Positions 26,060 to 37,200 of a stretch of 64,000 nucleotides of DNA are shown in pieces. The first letter of the stretch is position 1, and each line of letters starts with the position of its first letter. This stretch comes from a virus: positions 1 through 64,000 of the IMG/VR virus record IMGVR_UViG_3300028802_000008, one strand, 5' to 3'. Under the pieces are notes generated by a model. That model did not search any database, had not been told where the DNA came from, and saw nothing but the letters and a program-made list of their open reading frames with translations. The position numbers and the translations under genes were made by a program.

Positions 26060-26395
26060 ATGAGTAAAATCAAGCTGGCCTGCGGCGAAGTGTGGCCTTC
26101 GCGGTCGGGATGCACTGCGTGGGGATCGCGGTCATCTCACGGATGCCGACTCGACCCAGGCCACGACGGTATCCACCGCTGCCTCTGCGGACGCCCAAAG
26201 CCAGAGAGCGACCGTTACCCGTCAGTAACGGACGAACCATGCGAGTGCTGCGAACGAGAAGTCCTGACACGCCTGCGGCACGACTTCGATGACCCAGACG
26301 TAATCGTGGCGCTATGCGATGAGTGCTCGGCTGTGCTGGAGCACAGAGTCGGTTACCCGTCAGTAACGACGGACGATGGCAAGATCGCGCCATGA
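26060..26395 (+). CDS. Cys-rich hypothetical protein
   Basis: GAGGA RBS; carries two copies of the YPSVT repeat. Confidence 0.5.
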   Translation: MSKIKLACGEVWPSRSGCTAWGSRSSHGCRLDPGHDGIHRCLCGRPKPESDRYPSVTDEPCECCEREVLTRLRHDFDDPDVIVALCDECSAVLEHRVGYPSVTTDDGKIAP

Positions 26396-26605
26396 AAGAA
26401 CGCGAATGGGTCTGCAATATTCTCCGCTGGCGCGTACGCATCTACATCGGAAGCTCGATGCACTCCGAGCGTCGCGTCCGAACCTGGCACTCCGACACCG
26501 GCAGCCGCGGCATCTACGCCGTCCCGTGGGAGATCGACAACCACGACGGGCGAGTGTTCGGCGCACAGTACCGCCGCCACCGATGAGCGGTTACCCGTCA
26601 GTAGC
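26214..26605 (+). repeat. Three dispersed copies of GTTACCCGTCAGTA(A/G)C
   Basis: At 26214-26229, 26352-26367 and 26590-26605. Confidence 0.85.
26392..26586 (+). CDS. Hypothetical protein, 64 aa
   Basis: ATGA overlaps. Confidence 0.5.
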   Translation: MKEREWVCNILRWRVRIYIGSSMHSERRVRTWHSDTGSRGIYAVPWEIDNHDGRVFGAQYRRHR

Positions 26606-26635
26606 GTCCGAGGAGACCTCGTGAGGAGGAGAACC

Positions 26636-26920
26636 ATGAAGAGTAACCAAGGGATCGTCTACATCACAAGGAACGGAAGGGCTCTGACCGGTGCGGAAAT
26701 TGAAGTGCTCGTGGCACAATCCGAAGTCGCAGAATTTGAAATGGCCGATCGCTTCCCACCGGGTCGCACGGAGCCAGATGCCGATTCCCGCATGGCGGCT
26801 CGCGCCATCAACCAGCAGTACCAAGCCCTCATTCTGGAGGGGATGGATGATGATGTGGCCGTCCGAATCATCGGAATGATGCTCGCCAACGCCGCTGCCC
26901 TGTATGAGCAGGGGGAATGA
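26636..26920 (+). CDS. Hypothetical protein
   Basis: GGAG RBS. Confidence 0.6.
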   Translation: MKSNQGIVYITRNGRALTGAEIEVLVAQSEVAEFEMADRFPPGRTEPDADSRMAARAINQQYQALILEGMDDDVAVRIIGMMLANAAALYEQGE

Positions 26921-27022
26921 TCGCCCAGGATCGGCCGCTCAGCGTCCATTTCCGGGGCGAAACCCCCCTTTCTGGTATCCCGGTGGGGTCCAAATCGCCT
27001 ACGAACGCTCAGGAGGGACCAA

Positions 27023-27379
27023 ATGCCACACCTTGAGGAGCCGAAGATGGTGTTCGTCGTTGCCCAAGGCAGCGATCCGACCGAGATAGTCGACCGCGAG
27101 GTCGCTGTCGTCAACTACCTCATGACCACGCATCCGGGACATGTGTTCCTGTGTCGTGGCAGCTTCGTGCTGATCGAACTGAGGTTCGCCCGCCCACTCC
27201 AGGAGTGGTCGGACTTCTACGTCAACTTGGTAGATCGTTGTGACGCCCTGTATTGCGTGGACGACTACCGCCGCCACCCGTTGGCCGACTTTGCTCTTGA
27301 GAACTACATGCCGATCCTGGGTGACGCTATGGATCTGGAACTGTTCCTGTCAGGGCTCAGCGTTCAAGATTCGGATTAA
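27023..27379 (+). CDS. Hypothetical protein, distantly DUF4406-like
   Basis: AGGAGG RBS; W...LVDRCDALY. Confidence 0.6.
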   Translation: MPHLEEPKMVFVVAQGSDPTEIVDREVAVVNYLMTTHPGHVFLCRGSFVLIELRFARPLQEWSDFYVNLVDRCDALYCVDDYRRHPLADFALENYMPILGDAMDLELFLSGLSVQDSD

Positions 27380-27493
27380 GCAATAGATCGCACCCATGAG
27401 AGCCAACGTCGCGAGCACCAACGGAACGACCACATGAGACCAATGATTCGATCCCTGTGGCTCTTTCACGCCCGAGAGTCTGCCTGATCACAA

Positions 27494-27967
27494 ATGCACA
27501 AGGGATGGTATTGGATCACGGGAATCAACCCGGAACCCTGGACGCCCGGAACCGCCTTCCGATACGGAGGAGGGAGAGGAGCCGGGATCGCCAAGCAGGG
27601 CAAGCTCAGGGCGTACCAGGAGGCCGTGGGGGAGGAGTTCGCGTACCAGAACCCTCACTACGTTCCGATGATCGGTGAGTTGTCACTCACTTTCTACTTC
27701 TGGAGATCCACGGCTCACGGGAACGTGGCTGATGCCACCAACCTGCTCAAGTCCACCGAGGATGCACTTCAGCAGATTCTGTACGTCAACGATCGGCAGA
27801 ACCGGCACGTCGCGAGCACGATCATGGAGCAGTCTCCCGAGACGGCTCCGCATATCTTGATCACTATCGGCGCATGGGAGCGCCCGGAGATCGAAGTACC
27901 GGCAGGAGTCATCATCCCGAAGTACGCTGACATCGACTGGAAGCCACCAGACGACGACCTGTTCTGA
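27494..27967 (+). CDS. rusA: RusA-family Holliday junction resolvase
   Basis: DATNLLKSTEDAL...NDRQ. Confidence 0.8.
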   Translation: MHKGWYWITGINPEPWTPGTAFRYGGGRGAGIAKQGKLRAYQEAVGEEFAYQNPHYVPMIGELSLTFYFWRSTAHGNVADATNLLKSTEDALQQILYVNDRQNRHVASTIMEQSPETAPHILITIGAWERPEIEVPAGVIIPKYADIDWKPPDDDLF

Positions 27968-28045
27968 TGTTGTGGATCTGGATAATACTTGTCGTAATCT
28001 ACACTTTTACTATCGCTCTACGTCCATATCTTGAAGAGGAACTTC

Positions 28046-28750
28046 ATGCAAACCGTCCCCGACCACCCGGCGAAGTACAGTCAACCGATCCTGAGAACGA
28101 TCGAGACGATCCTTTTAGCCGAAAGCCTCAAATCTGATCACGAGATCACGGTCTTCGATTGCTTCGGTGGCACCGGCCTGATCCATTCGCTTGCGATGCC
28201 TGGGTTCATCCGAACTGAGGCGATCGAGATCGAGCCTGAGTGGGCCGCGTCTCACCCACTCACCAAGGTGGGCAACGCCCTCCATGTCGATGTCCCCGAT
28301 GACCACTACGACGTGATCTGCACGTCCCCGACTTACGGGAACCGGATGGCCGACCACCACGAGGCCAGGGACGACTCCAAGAGGATGACGTACCGGCATC
28401 AGCTTGGCCGGATGCCCAACCCGGACTCGTCAGCCACTCTCCCGTGGGGGCAGAAGTATTGGGACTTCCACAGGAAGGTGTGGATCGAGCAGAGTCGGAT
28501 TCTCCGTCCGGGTGGACTGTTCATCCTGAACACCAAGGATTTCTACCGCACCCGGACGCTCAAAGGAGCCCGCGTCCAGGAACTGGTCGAGGTCACCAGA
28601 TGGCACGTCGAGTTCCTGCTGACGCTTGGGTACAAAGTGATCTCCACCACGCCCGTGCCGGTCAATGGCATGAGGATGGGAACCAACCACAAGAAGCGCG
28701 TCCCCCATGAGATGGTCGTGGGCCTGAGGAAGAGCAATGTACGGCGGTGA
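28046..28750 (+). CDS. DNA methyltransferase (N4-C/N6-A type)
   Basis: HPAKY, DCFGGTG (motif I), TSPTY (motif IV variant) and LRPGG. Confidence 0.8.
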   Translation: MQTVPDHPAKYSQPILRTIETILLAESLKSDHEITVFDCFGGTGLIHSLAMPGFIRTEAIEIEPEWAASHPLTKVGNALHVDVPDDHYDVICTSPTYGNRMADHHEARDDSKRMTYRHQLGRMPNPDSSATLPWGQKYWDFHRKVWIEQSRILRPGGLFILNTKDFYRTRTLKGARVQELVEVTRWHVEFLLTLGYKVISTTPVPVNGMRMGTNHKKRVPHEMVVGLRKSNVRR

Positions 28751-28964
28751 AATTGTCCGCTTCGTGGACGCCAAGCCAGGCGACCACTCGTTCGTCTACG
28801 GCGGCGAGTACATCACCGACAACATGGATGTGGGATGGGTCACCGACCTGGAATACTTCGATGAACGGGACGGCGAGATCAAGCTCAAGCGTCAGATATG
28901 GCAACTGATCTCCGAGGACGAGATCGTCCTGCCTGATCCTTTCCCACTGGAGGACGACGAATGA
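28737..28964 (+). CDS. Acidic hypothetical protein
   Basis: Packed within the operon. Confidence 0.55.
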   Translation: MYGGEIVRFVDAKPGDHSFVYGGEYITDNMDVGWVTDLEYFDERDGEIKLKRQIWQLISEDEIVLPDPFPLEDDE

Positions 28965-29061
28965 GTCGAAGCGCCGCAATGAACGTCGTCATCGTGGCGA
29001 CGCTGTTCATCCTGATGGTCGTCTTGTTCGTCATCGCTGGCTGGATCTTGAACGGAGCACT

Positions 29062-29298
29062 ATGAAAGTCCATGTCTACAAGATCCGGAAGGACGACTTC
29101 CGAGAGAAGAAGGATCTCCATTTCTGCACCCACTGCAAGGGGTGGTACGGTATCCCCCACTACGGACTCCACTGTCAAGAGGACAGAGCGTCCGACTTCC
29201 CGATCGGATGTGCCTGTCGATTCTGCAAGCAGAAGCTGGGCGTGCCCGTGACGGGAGAGTACGGATTCTTCTCAATTGCTAAGGAATGGCAACCATGA
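29062..29298 (+). CDS. Cys-rich hypothetical protein
   Basis: GGAG RBS; CTHC and CACRFC. Confidence 0.55.
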   Translation: MKVHVYKIRKDDFREKKDLHFCTHCKGWYGIPHYGLHCQEDRASDFPIGCACRFCKQKLGVPVTGEYGFFSIAKEWQP

Positions 29299-30002
29299 AT
29301 GAAGTACTGCACGGTGATTGTCGGGAGCTTCTCTCGATTCTCACATGGAACCGTGAAGTCAACTGTCTACTGACGGACCCGCCTTACGGAGTCGACTTCC
29401 AGTCGACCTACGGAAAGAACGAGACCGACCGCGAGAACTATCAGCGCAAGATCGCTGACGACCACGGGGTAGATGATGCGATCGAGAGCTTCGATGACAC
29501 CCTGAAGCTGATCATTCCCGCTATGGCTGATCTATGTGAGATCTATGTGTTCTCCGCTTGGCAAGTCGCTCCGGAGTGGCAGAAGTATCTTGAGTCACTT
29601 TCGGCTCACGGGCTCGACCTCAGGCAACTGCTGATCTGGGACAAGGGGTATCCGGGGATCGGCGATGTCAAGTACAACTGGGGGGCCGGTCACGAGTTCA
29701 TCTACTACCTCAAGAAGGGCCGTCGGCGGGTGCCGTACCGGCGCTCCGGGATCATCGCCGTCAACAAGGTTCGCCCTGGCACCAACGTCCACCCGACACA
29801 GAAGCCGGTGGCGTTGCTCAAACTGCTGATCGAGTACAGCACCGACCCCGGTGAGTTCGTCTTTGACCCCTACGCCGGGTCGGGTTCGACCATCGTGGCT
29901 GCTCAGGAATGCGGGCGGGACGCGATGGGGATCGAGATCGAGGAAGATTACGTCGATACGGCGCGCAACAGACTCTCGCAAGGCGGCTTGTTCAGCGTGT
30001 AA
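29295..30002 (+). CDS. Beta-class DNA amino-methyltransferase
   Basis: TDPPY, HPTQKP and FDPYAGSGS. Confidence 0.92.
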   Translation: MNEVLHGDCRELLSILTWNREVNCLLTDPPYGVDFQSTYGKNETDRENYQRKIADDHGVDDAIESFDDTLKLIIPAMADLCEIYVFSAWQVAPEWQKYLESLSAHGLDLRQLLIWDKGYPGIGDVKYNWGAGHEFIYYLKKGRRRVPYRRSGIIAVNKVRPGTNVHPTQKPVALLKLLIEYSTDPGEFVFDPYAGSGSTIVAAQECGRDAMGIEIEEDYVDTARNRLSQGGLFSV

Positions 30003-30012
30003 CCTGACCGGC

Positions 30013-30285
30013 ATGTCAGAACCTGATGTGCCACAGAGCACGACACGACGGATTGAGCCGTTCGTGATCATCCCCGGCATCCAGCGCGATGGGTATCCGG
30101 AGCCAGAGAATCCTCCTTCCTTCCGCGACTACGTTCGCAAGCAGCAACAGGAAATGGCTGATCCCACTGAGGATCAACTCGCTCTGCGTCGTTGGGTGGA
30201 TGACGGTGGGTACGAGAAGAAGCCACTTATGACCTTTGACCCCGACGAGGCAGAGTTCCCAGAAGCAGACATCCCTGAGGTCTGA
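30013..30285 (+). CDS. Hypothetical protein
   Basis: TGATG coupling to whiB. Confidence 0.55.
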   Translation: MSEPDVPQSTTRRIEPFVIIPGIQRDGYPEPENPPSFRDYVRKQQQEMADPTEDQLALRRWVDDGGYEKKPLMTFDPDEAEFPEADIPEV

Positions 30286-30569
30286 TGCTGGAAGCCCCCT
30301 GGCGTCGTAAGGCCAAATGCTTCGGGCTGGACCCGAACATGTTTGTTCCTTCGACACCCGGTGGCTCACTCAACCCCGCCAAGAACATCTGCAACGGCCG
30401 AGACGGACTTCCTCCCTGTCCCGTCCGCCAAGAATGCAATACCTTCGCCAACGATCACAGTTTGATCGGCGTCTACGGCGGGGTCGTCCACTCATCCCGT
30501 TCGACGGAGATCGTCGTGTTCGTTGAGATCCAGGATAGCCGACCGCACCGGAGCCCCCAAGCTCCTTGA
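30285..30569 (+). CDS. whiB: WhiB-family transcription factor
   Basis: W...AKC...AKNIC...CPVRQEC...GVYGG. Confidence 0.88.
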   Translation: MLEAPWRRKAKCFGLDPNMFVPSTPGGSLNPAKNICNGRDGLPPCPVRQECNTFANDHSLIGVYGGVVHSSRSTEIVVFVEIQDSRPHRSPQAP

Positions 30570-30710
30570 TACTGTGGTCGAGTCCCCACTCGCCCGACAA
30601 CAACACATAACTCGTGTCAGGGAAGCCCAGCACGATAGCAAGCTTCAACCATCACGACGGACGAGTGGGGACACTGGACCTAGACACACGAAGTCTGTAG
30701 CGTCCTTCAC

Positions 30711-30899
30711 ATGCTCTCTGTAGATGACGGTTTCTTCAACGGCAACTTCAACCTTGCCGATCTCCTGTTCTTCCTCGCCGCGATTGCGTTCGCCGTCGCA
30801 TTCGTAATCCTGGCGACGAAGCCGAAGCCGAAGCCGATCGACTCGGCGCTGATAGCAGCAGGTCTCACCTGTCTCGCTGTCGCCTTGCTGGCTCTATGA
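30711..30899 (+). CDS. Small membrane protein
   Basis: Two hydrophobic helices. Confidence 0.6.
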   Translation: MLSVDDGFFNGNFNLADLLFFLAAIAFAVAFVILATKPKPKPIDSALIAAGLTCLAVALLAL

Positions 30900-30901
30900 C
30901 A

Positions 30902-30940
30902 AGACCCCCCGCCCGACTGGAACTGGTCGTTTGGGGGGTC
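30902..30940. terminator. Hairpin at the convergence of the rightward and leftward blocks
   Basis: AGACCCCCC...GGGGGGTCT; weak U-tract. Confidence 0.5.
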
Positions 30941-30983
30941 TCGGAAGTACAGAGATTACTGAACCCGTGAGGGTGATGCAACC

Positions 30984-31298
30984 TCAGAATGCAGCAGGGT
31001 GGACGCGTACGTCGATCCAGGCCAACTGATCCTCAGGCCACGTCTTGCCGTCGATGTGAAGCTTCAAGTCGTAACGTCCCTCGGTTCGGTTGCTCAACCA
31101 AGATTGAAGTGGAACCGTCACAATCTTGTCATCTGCGTTGAGCACCGAACCGGGGAGACCTACCACGGTCGAATCTTCTCCCGAGAGGTCAGCCGTGATC
31201 ACGGCTCCCGGAAGCAACAAAGCGAGTCCTGACAATTGGATGGCGATGCTATCGCTGTCGCCCTTGTATCGGACCCAGGACACTGGCATGGCGGTCAT
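30984..31298 (-). CDS. Small beta-rich virion-associated protein
   Basis: ATGA-coupled to the giant gene; YKGD...EGRYDL..TWP. Confidence 0.6.
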   Translation of the reverse strand: MTAMPVSWVRYKGDSDSIAIQLSGLALLLPGAVITADLSGEDSTVVGLPGSVLNADDKIVTVPLQSWLSNRTEGRYDLKLHIDGKTWPEDQLAWIDVRVHPAAF

Positions 31299-34200
31299 GG
31301 CACGAGAATACCTTTCTCCGATGTAGCAGGTCTGATTACAGTTCGCTTGTCCTTGCGTTCCATCTCGCGCTCCTCATCGATCCGGATACAGGCGCGCAGA
31401 GCATCCAGCCGTCGCATCTCCAGCTTGTAGCCACTGAGGATGGTGTGCCCGAAGAGGCACAGGGCAGCAGCCGCCATCGTGTCGCGCCCGTCGACCGCAC
31501 CAAACCCGCCAGCGGAGTTCCCTGGAGGGGAGTGCAGCCCGACCGCAGCAAAGGTGTCCCGACCTTCCCCCACAAGGACGGTAGAGGAGAAGGTCGGGAC
31601 AACATGGACGACGGCAGCGGCCATCGTGTCGGAGCCGTCAGTAAGTTCCAGAGTGCTCTCGTGGAGCGGAGGAGTACCTACACCAACAGCAACAAGCGTG
31701 TCTGGCTTGTCGGCGAGAACCAGTGTGCTTGAATGAACCGGAGGAACAGTGACGGCTTCCGCAACGAGGTCGTCACGCCCATCCGGAACAGCCAACGTGC
31801 CGGTGAGGGTCGGAGGCGTCGTGGAGGCCGTCGCCACCATCGTGTCGAGGCCGTCCGTGATCCCCAGGACGCCAGCACCGACCGCACCGGCCACCACATT
31901 GGCCACCAGCGTGTCCAAACCGTCCGAGAGGTCTACGGAGGCCGTGTGCAGTGGTACGACAGCGGATACGGACGCTGAGAGGGTGTCGCGGCCGTCCGTG
32001 AACACCACGGTGGACGTGGCGAGCGGAACAGCAGCCGTGGCAGTCGCATCGAGGTTGTCTGCGCCGTCGATGAACCCCAAGGTGCTCGTGAAGATCGGGA
32101 TCTCGCTCTGCGCCGACCCCACCATCGTGTCGCGGTTGTCGCCCCCCGACATCGTGCTGAGAAGCATCGGGACGACGGTGTCGGCAAAGGCACGCATCGT
32201 GTCTTGGCCGTCGGGGAGAACGAAGATCAGAACATTGACGGCAAGGAAGTCGGGTGTGGCTTCCAGGGTGTCTACGCCGTCGGAGACGACCAAAGCTGCC
32301 GAGATCGTCGGGATGGTGCGGGTGGCCGCAGCCACCATCGTGTCCAGACCGTCCGAGACGGTGAACGCGGCAGCGGAGTTGCCCGGAGCAGCACTTGTTC
32401 CGACAGCACCGATCTGATCCGGTGCTTCGGTGATGACCAAGGATGACGTGAAGGTGGGAACGACAGTGGAGGCCGTCGCCACCATCGTGTCCGGAGCCTC
32501 GGTGATGACGAGGGCGCTGACCAATGTCGGGACATCAGCCGTGGCTTGCGCCACCATCGTGTCCGTGCGATCGGTGAGAACGATCGACGCATCGTTGATC
32601 GGGATGACTTGGAGGACAGCGACGAGAGTGTCCCGGCCATCGGTGACGACCAGCGCACCGGAGAACGTCGGGATGGCCGCTGTGGCGGTCGCTACAAGTG
32701 TGTCTTCGCCGTCAGTGACGGTGATCGCCCCTGCCGAATCTCCCGGAGGCGCGTGGTTCGCCGTGGCGACCATGTCGTCCACGCCGTCGGTGAGAACCAG
32801 AGTCGAATCGAAGGTCGGGATGAATGCCGAAGCCGAAGCGACAAGGGTGTCCCGGCTGTCGGTGGCAGCAGCAGTACCCAGCAGGGTCGGCGGCTCCGTG
32901 TCGACGGAAGTCGCAAGCGTGTCGATGCGGTCGACAACGACCAAGGTTCCCGTGAGCGTCGGGGGAGTCGTCGTGACGACGACGGCAAGAGTGTCCGGAT
33001 TGTCCGACACCGAGAGGGTCGATGCCTGCTCAGGTGGTGCCGCCGTTGGGACGCTTGTAAGCGTGTCAGCGTTGTCGGTGAGCGCCAGAGTCGACGTGTA
33101 CGTCGGAGCAGTGGTGGAGACCGTGAGCGCAAGAGTGTCGAGACCGTCGAAGAGGGAGAGGAAGGCGTTGAGACCGGGAGGCGTGGAGACTCCGGTCGAG
33201 GCGATCGTGTCCGCAGCTTCGGTGTAGAGCAGGGACGTGACATTCGGCGGGGGAAGCGATTCGGACGCAGCGACAAGAGTGTCTCGGTTGTCGGTCTGGG
33301 CGAAGGTCGACAGGTGCGTCGGAACGACCGTCTCGGCCGGTGCAACGAGGGTGTCGACGCGGTCGGAGATGGAAAGTGTGCTTGTGAATGTCGGAACTGT
33401 GGCGTCTACCGTCGTGACGATCGCGTCGAGGCCGTCAGTGCGTGCAAGCGAAGATGTCTGGAACTCTCCAGCGGTCGCTGCCGCCACCAGCGTGTCTGGC
33501 TGATCGGTGAGAGCCAGAGTGCCGGTGAAGATGGGTGCGGTCGTGGTTCCCGCAGCCGTGATCGTGTCGATGTTGTCGGTGAGGACCAGAGTGCCGGTGT
33601 GAATCGGAACAGTGGATGAACCCGAAGCGACCAACGTGTCTGGGTTGTCGGTTGCGGAAGCTAAACCTATGAAGATTGGAACCGTTCTGTCACCGGAAGC
33701 AACGAGCGTGTCCGCTCCGTCGGTGAGGGCGAGCGTGCCGGTGTACGTCGGAGCCGTCGTGGAGGGTGTCGCCACCAGCGCGTCGGCTCCGTCGGTGAGA
33801 TCCAACGTTGCCGTCTGGACGGTCCCGGCCGTTGCCGTCGCCACCATCGTGTCGACGCCGTCGGTGACGGTGATGATGGCTGCACCGAAGGTTCCGGCCG
33901 TTGCGGTCGCGACCAGGGTGTCCTGGCCGTCAGTGACGACGACATTCTCCGAAGTGAAGACTGGAACGGTTCGGCTGGCAGCAGCCACCATCGTGTCGAG
34001 GCCGTCGGTCGCTACCAGAGCACCCGTAGTGATGCCGAGGGCTTCGACCGAAGCCTCAAGTGTGTCTACGCCGTCGGTGCGAGCGACAGTCGAGTCAAAG
34101 GTGGGTACGGTCGTGGAACCCGTAGCCGCAAGCTCATCCGGGTCATCGGTTGCCGACAGAGTGGACTGGAACAGTTGCTGAGCGTTGACCGACGCTGCCA

Positions 34201-37200
34201 AGGTGTCTCGACCGTCGACCAGGATGAGGTCAGTCTCATAAGTACCTGGCTCCTCAGCCGAGACCGAAGCACCGATGACATCAAGCCGATCTGAGACATC
34301 CAGGGTTGCGGTGCGAACAGCGGTGAACGTGACACCGGAAGTGAGGGTGTCCGCTCCGTCGGTGAGCGCCAAGGTTCCCGTGAAGACCGGTACCTGCGTG
34401 TCAACGGTTGGCGCAAGCGTGTCTCGACCATCGGTCGTCGCGATGATCCCCCGATAGACATCCACCCTTGACGCCAACGTGTCCCGACCATCGGTCGGAG
34501 CCATCGATCCTGACGACGACCCCGCAGCCCCAAGCGATACGATGAGTTGAGGGATGACACCTTGAGTGACGGTCGGCGCGCCAGCCTCGGCTACGGGGAC
34601 AACCCTGAAGGCGAACGAATCACTGTCCTCAAGCCCAAGGAAGTTGGTCTGGATCGAGAACACCAACTCCGTGTAGTTGTTCCCCGACCACCCGACATCG
34701 TCTGCTCGTCCATCCTCGGTGACTCGGCCTGCTACGAAGGTTCCGGTACCGGCTGACAGTCGAGCCGTGGTGGCGTTCTGATCCGTCAGGTTCACAGAAT
34801 CGGTGTAAGCAATGATCCCGGCATTCGGGACCGGCGCGTACAGGACCGGTGGGAACGAATCGTATTCAAGCTGCCAATCAGTCGTACTTGGGATAGGCAA
34901 GTCGTTCGTGGACTGAAGCTGCACACGAAGTTGCAAGTTCTGCACGACATCACTGATCGCCGCAGCCGAGTTCTCGGCCGCAGCCGCAGCCGAACTGGTC
35001 TCCGTGCCGTCGAAGTAGAATCTGTACTTGGAAACAGTGACGGCGGGGACGTACTCGGTGACGACTTGCGGAAGCTGAATCCAGGTATCGCCGGTCGTGT
35101 TCGCGACTGGTCCGTTGTAGACCAGAGAGGCAGTACGCCCTGATGATAGCGGGCTGATGTCTTCGTCGTCTATGAATACTCGCAAGCGAAGTCGCTTGCC
35201 CGTCGCTACGGCTGTAGTCGCGCCAGCCAACCATCCCTTGATGGCCGTCTCAGCAGTTGGAAGCCTTCCGTTTTGTTGGTTGACCCAGTTCCCACCCGGA
35301 GCAGGCGTATTCACAATGCTGCCAGCACCCCAGATCACAGCCCCTGAACCGTCAGCGTTGCAGATCGCCAATTCCGCCCGACACGAAGCCGTACCGGAAG
35401 TGGACTGGAATATCCGGAGGTTGAGTCCAACCAACCCATCCAAGGTGAAAGCATTCAATGTCTTGGAATACCACTCCAGCGGATTCGCACCCGGCGTAGA
35501 TGTCCATTGGATTGCTGGGGTCCACCCTAGAACTGTGTTGACTTGAGCCGTAGCGGAGATCGGTCCACGATCGGTCCACATCTCCTTCTCATTCATGGGG
35601 CCGTCGCGGAGAACTTCAACCCAAACCTGAGCAACCGTCAGGCTGGTGTAGTTGTTCAGACCGAAGGTGGTTGAACCTCCTGCGACACCTTGCCAGTCGA
35701 TGATGTTCTGGCCGAAAGCTGTGCCATCACCCGCAGCACGACGTGCAGTCACCGTGCCGGAAGCCGCCAGGGGGGTCTTTCCATTCGGGTTAAGTGAGTT
35801 GAAGTCTGCACAGAAGTAGAGGAGCGTCGAGTTCCTTTGCAATATCGCGGTCTGGGATGCCTCTGTTCGGGAGTTCCCACCATTCGCCTCACCGATCGCG
35901 CCAGGTACGACCCAGGCGCACAAACCGGAAGCCGAATTTCCCGAAAGGATGGTGAAGTTCGCTGAGATGGTCTGGTTGGTCTGAGACGATGCCGCCACGG
36001 CCACCCATATCCACGCAGAGCACTCAGTCGTGCCACCAGTCGATGCAGCAGCATTAACCTGCTGGAACAACAAGTTGGCATTCGTCGGAACACTGAACCC
36101 TTGCGAGTTGATGGAAGATTCTGTTCCACCAGCGACGTAGATCCGGTCACCGGCATTCCAACTGACACCCGTGATCGTTCGCTGCGTTCCGGTGGGGTAG
36201 CCGGTGAACCACGTCGCCGACTCGTAGAACGCAAGATTGGCGGGAGCAGCGGGTGTTCCCGTATCGATACTCGCGGTGTCCTTGAGATACAACTTGGACC
36301 CGTTCGGTTCCGTTTTTTGAACGGCGAAGGGTTGAGCGAACTTGACATAAGCTTCACTGGCTGCTCCTGCCGCACCACCGATAGCAGTAGTCGCCGTACC
36401 CGAAGCCATGTTCTGACCTGCCGGGGCGTCATCGAAGAAAATGCGTGCCCGAAGTCGATCACCCTTCAGAAGGTTGGTCGAGGTTGCGGTCGCGGTGAAG
36501 TTCATCTTGGTTGAAGTACCGGTAGATGGAACAACGTTGGTCGATCTGAAGATCTCAGAGACAATGTTGCCCTGAGAATCCATCCTGTCCACGACGCAGT
36601 TGACAGCGGAGTTGGCTGCGCCAGCAGTACCCATCTGCCAAAGTTGAAGATCAACATTGCCCGAGATCGTCACATTGCGATCGATCGGCAGAGTGATCCA
36701 ATGATGTATCTGTTGGGTGGCGAAATCAACTTCGATACCGGGAATCGGTCCTGGGACCGTAGCGACATTGGGCGACGAAACAACCCCTAACGGAGCGTCA
36801 CCCCAGAGCCAGGTCAGATGAGGAAGAAGCGTGCCTCTCAAGATGAAAGCGCGATCTCCCCTGTTGATACCGGGGTGTGGCCCGGTGTCAGCAAACCAGA
36901 ACTGAGCGACGATCGGTGTCGCTTCAGCGGTGAACGACCACGAGTGGTTGAAGGCGGCTGTGCCTTCCGACATCTCTGCTTCGCCAGTAGAACCGGTGGC
37001 GCTGATCGCCCACTGGTGATTGAGGAATGCCTGTCCGACAGGGTTCCTCTTGCCGACCGCGGTGAGGCCGCTCGACCAGTTGAATGCCGCGGTGCCTTCA
37101 CTTCCGTTCTCACCGGTCGCCGTGAGATTCCAATTGTGACTGAAGGAAGCGGTACCTTGCTTGACGCCCGCAACGGGTGCCACGCCTGTGGCGGTCATCG

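Noticed and set aside
31440-34457. Repetitive + strand ORFs (VSRPSV...)
   Set aside because: Antisense reading of the DGxDT repeats.
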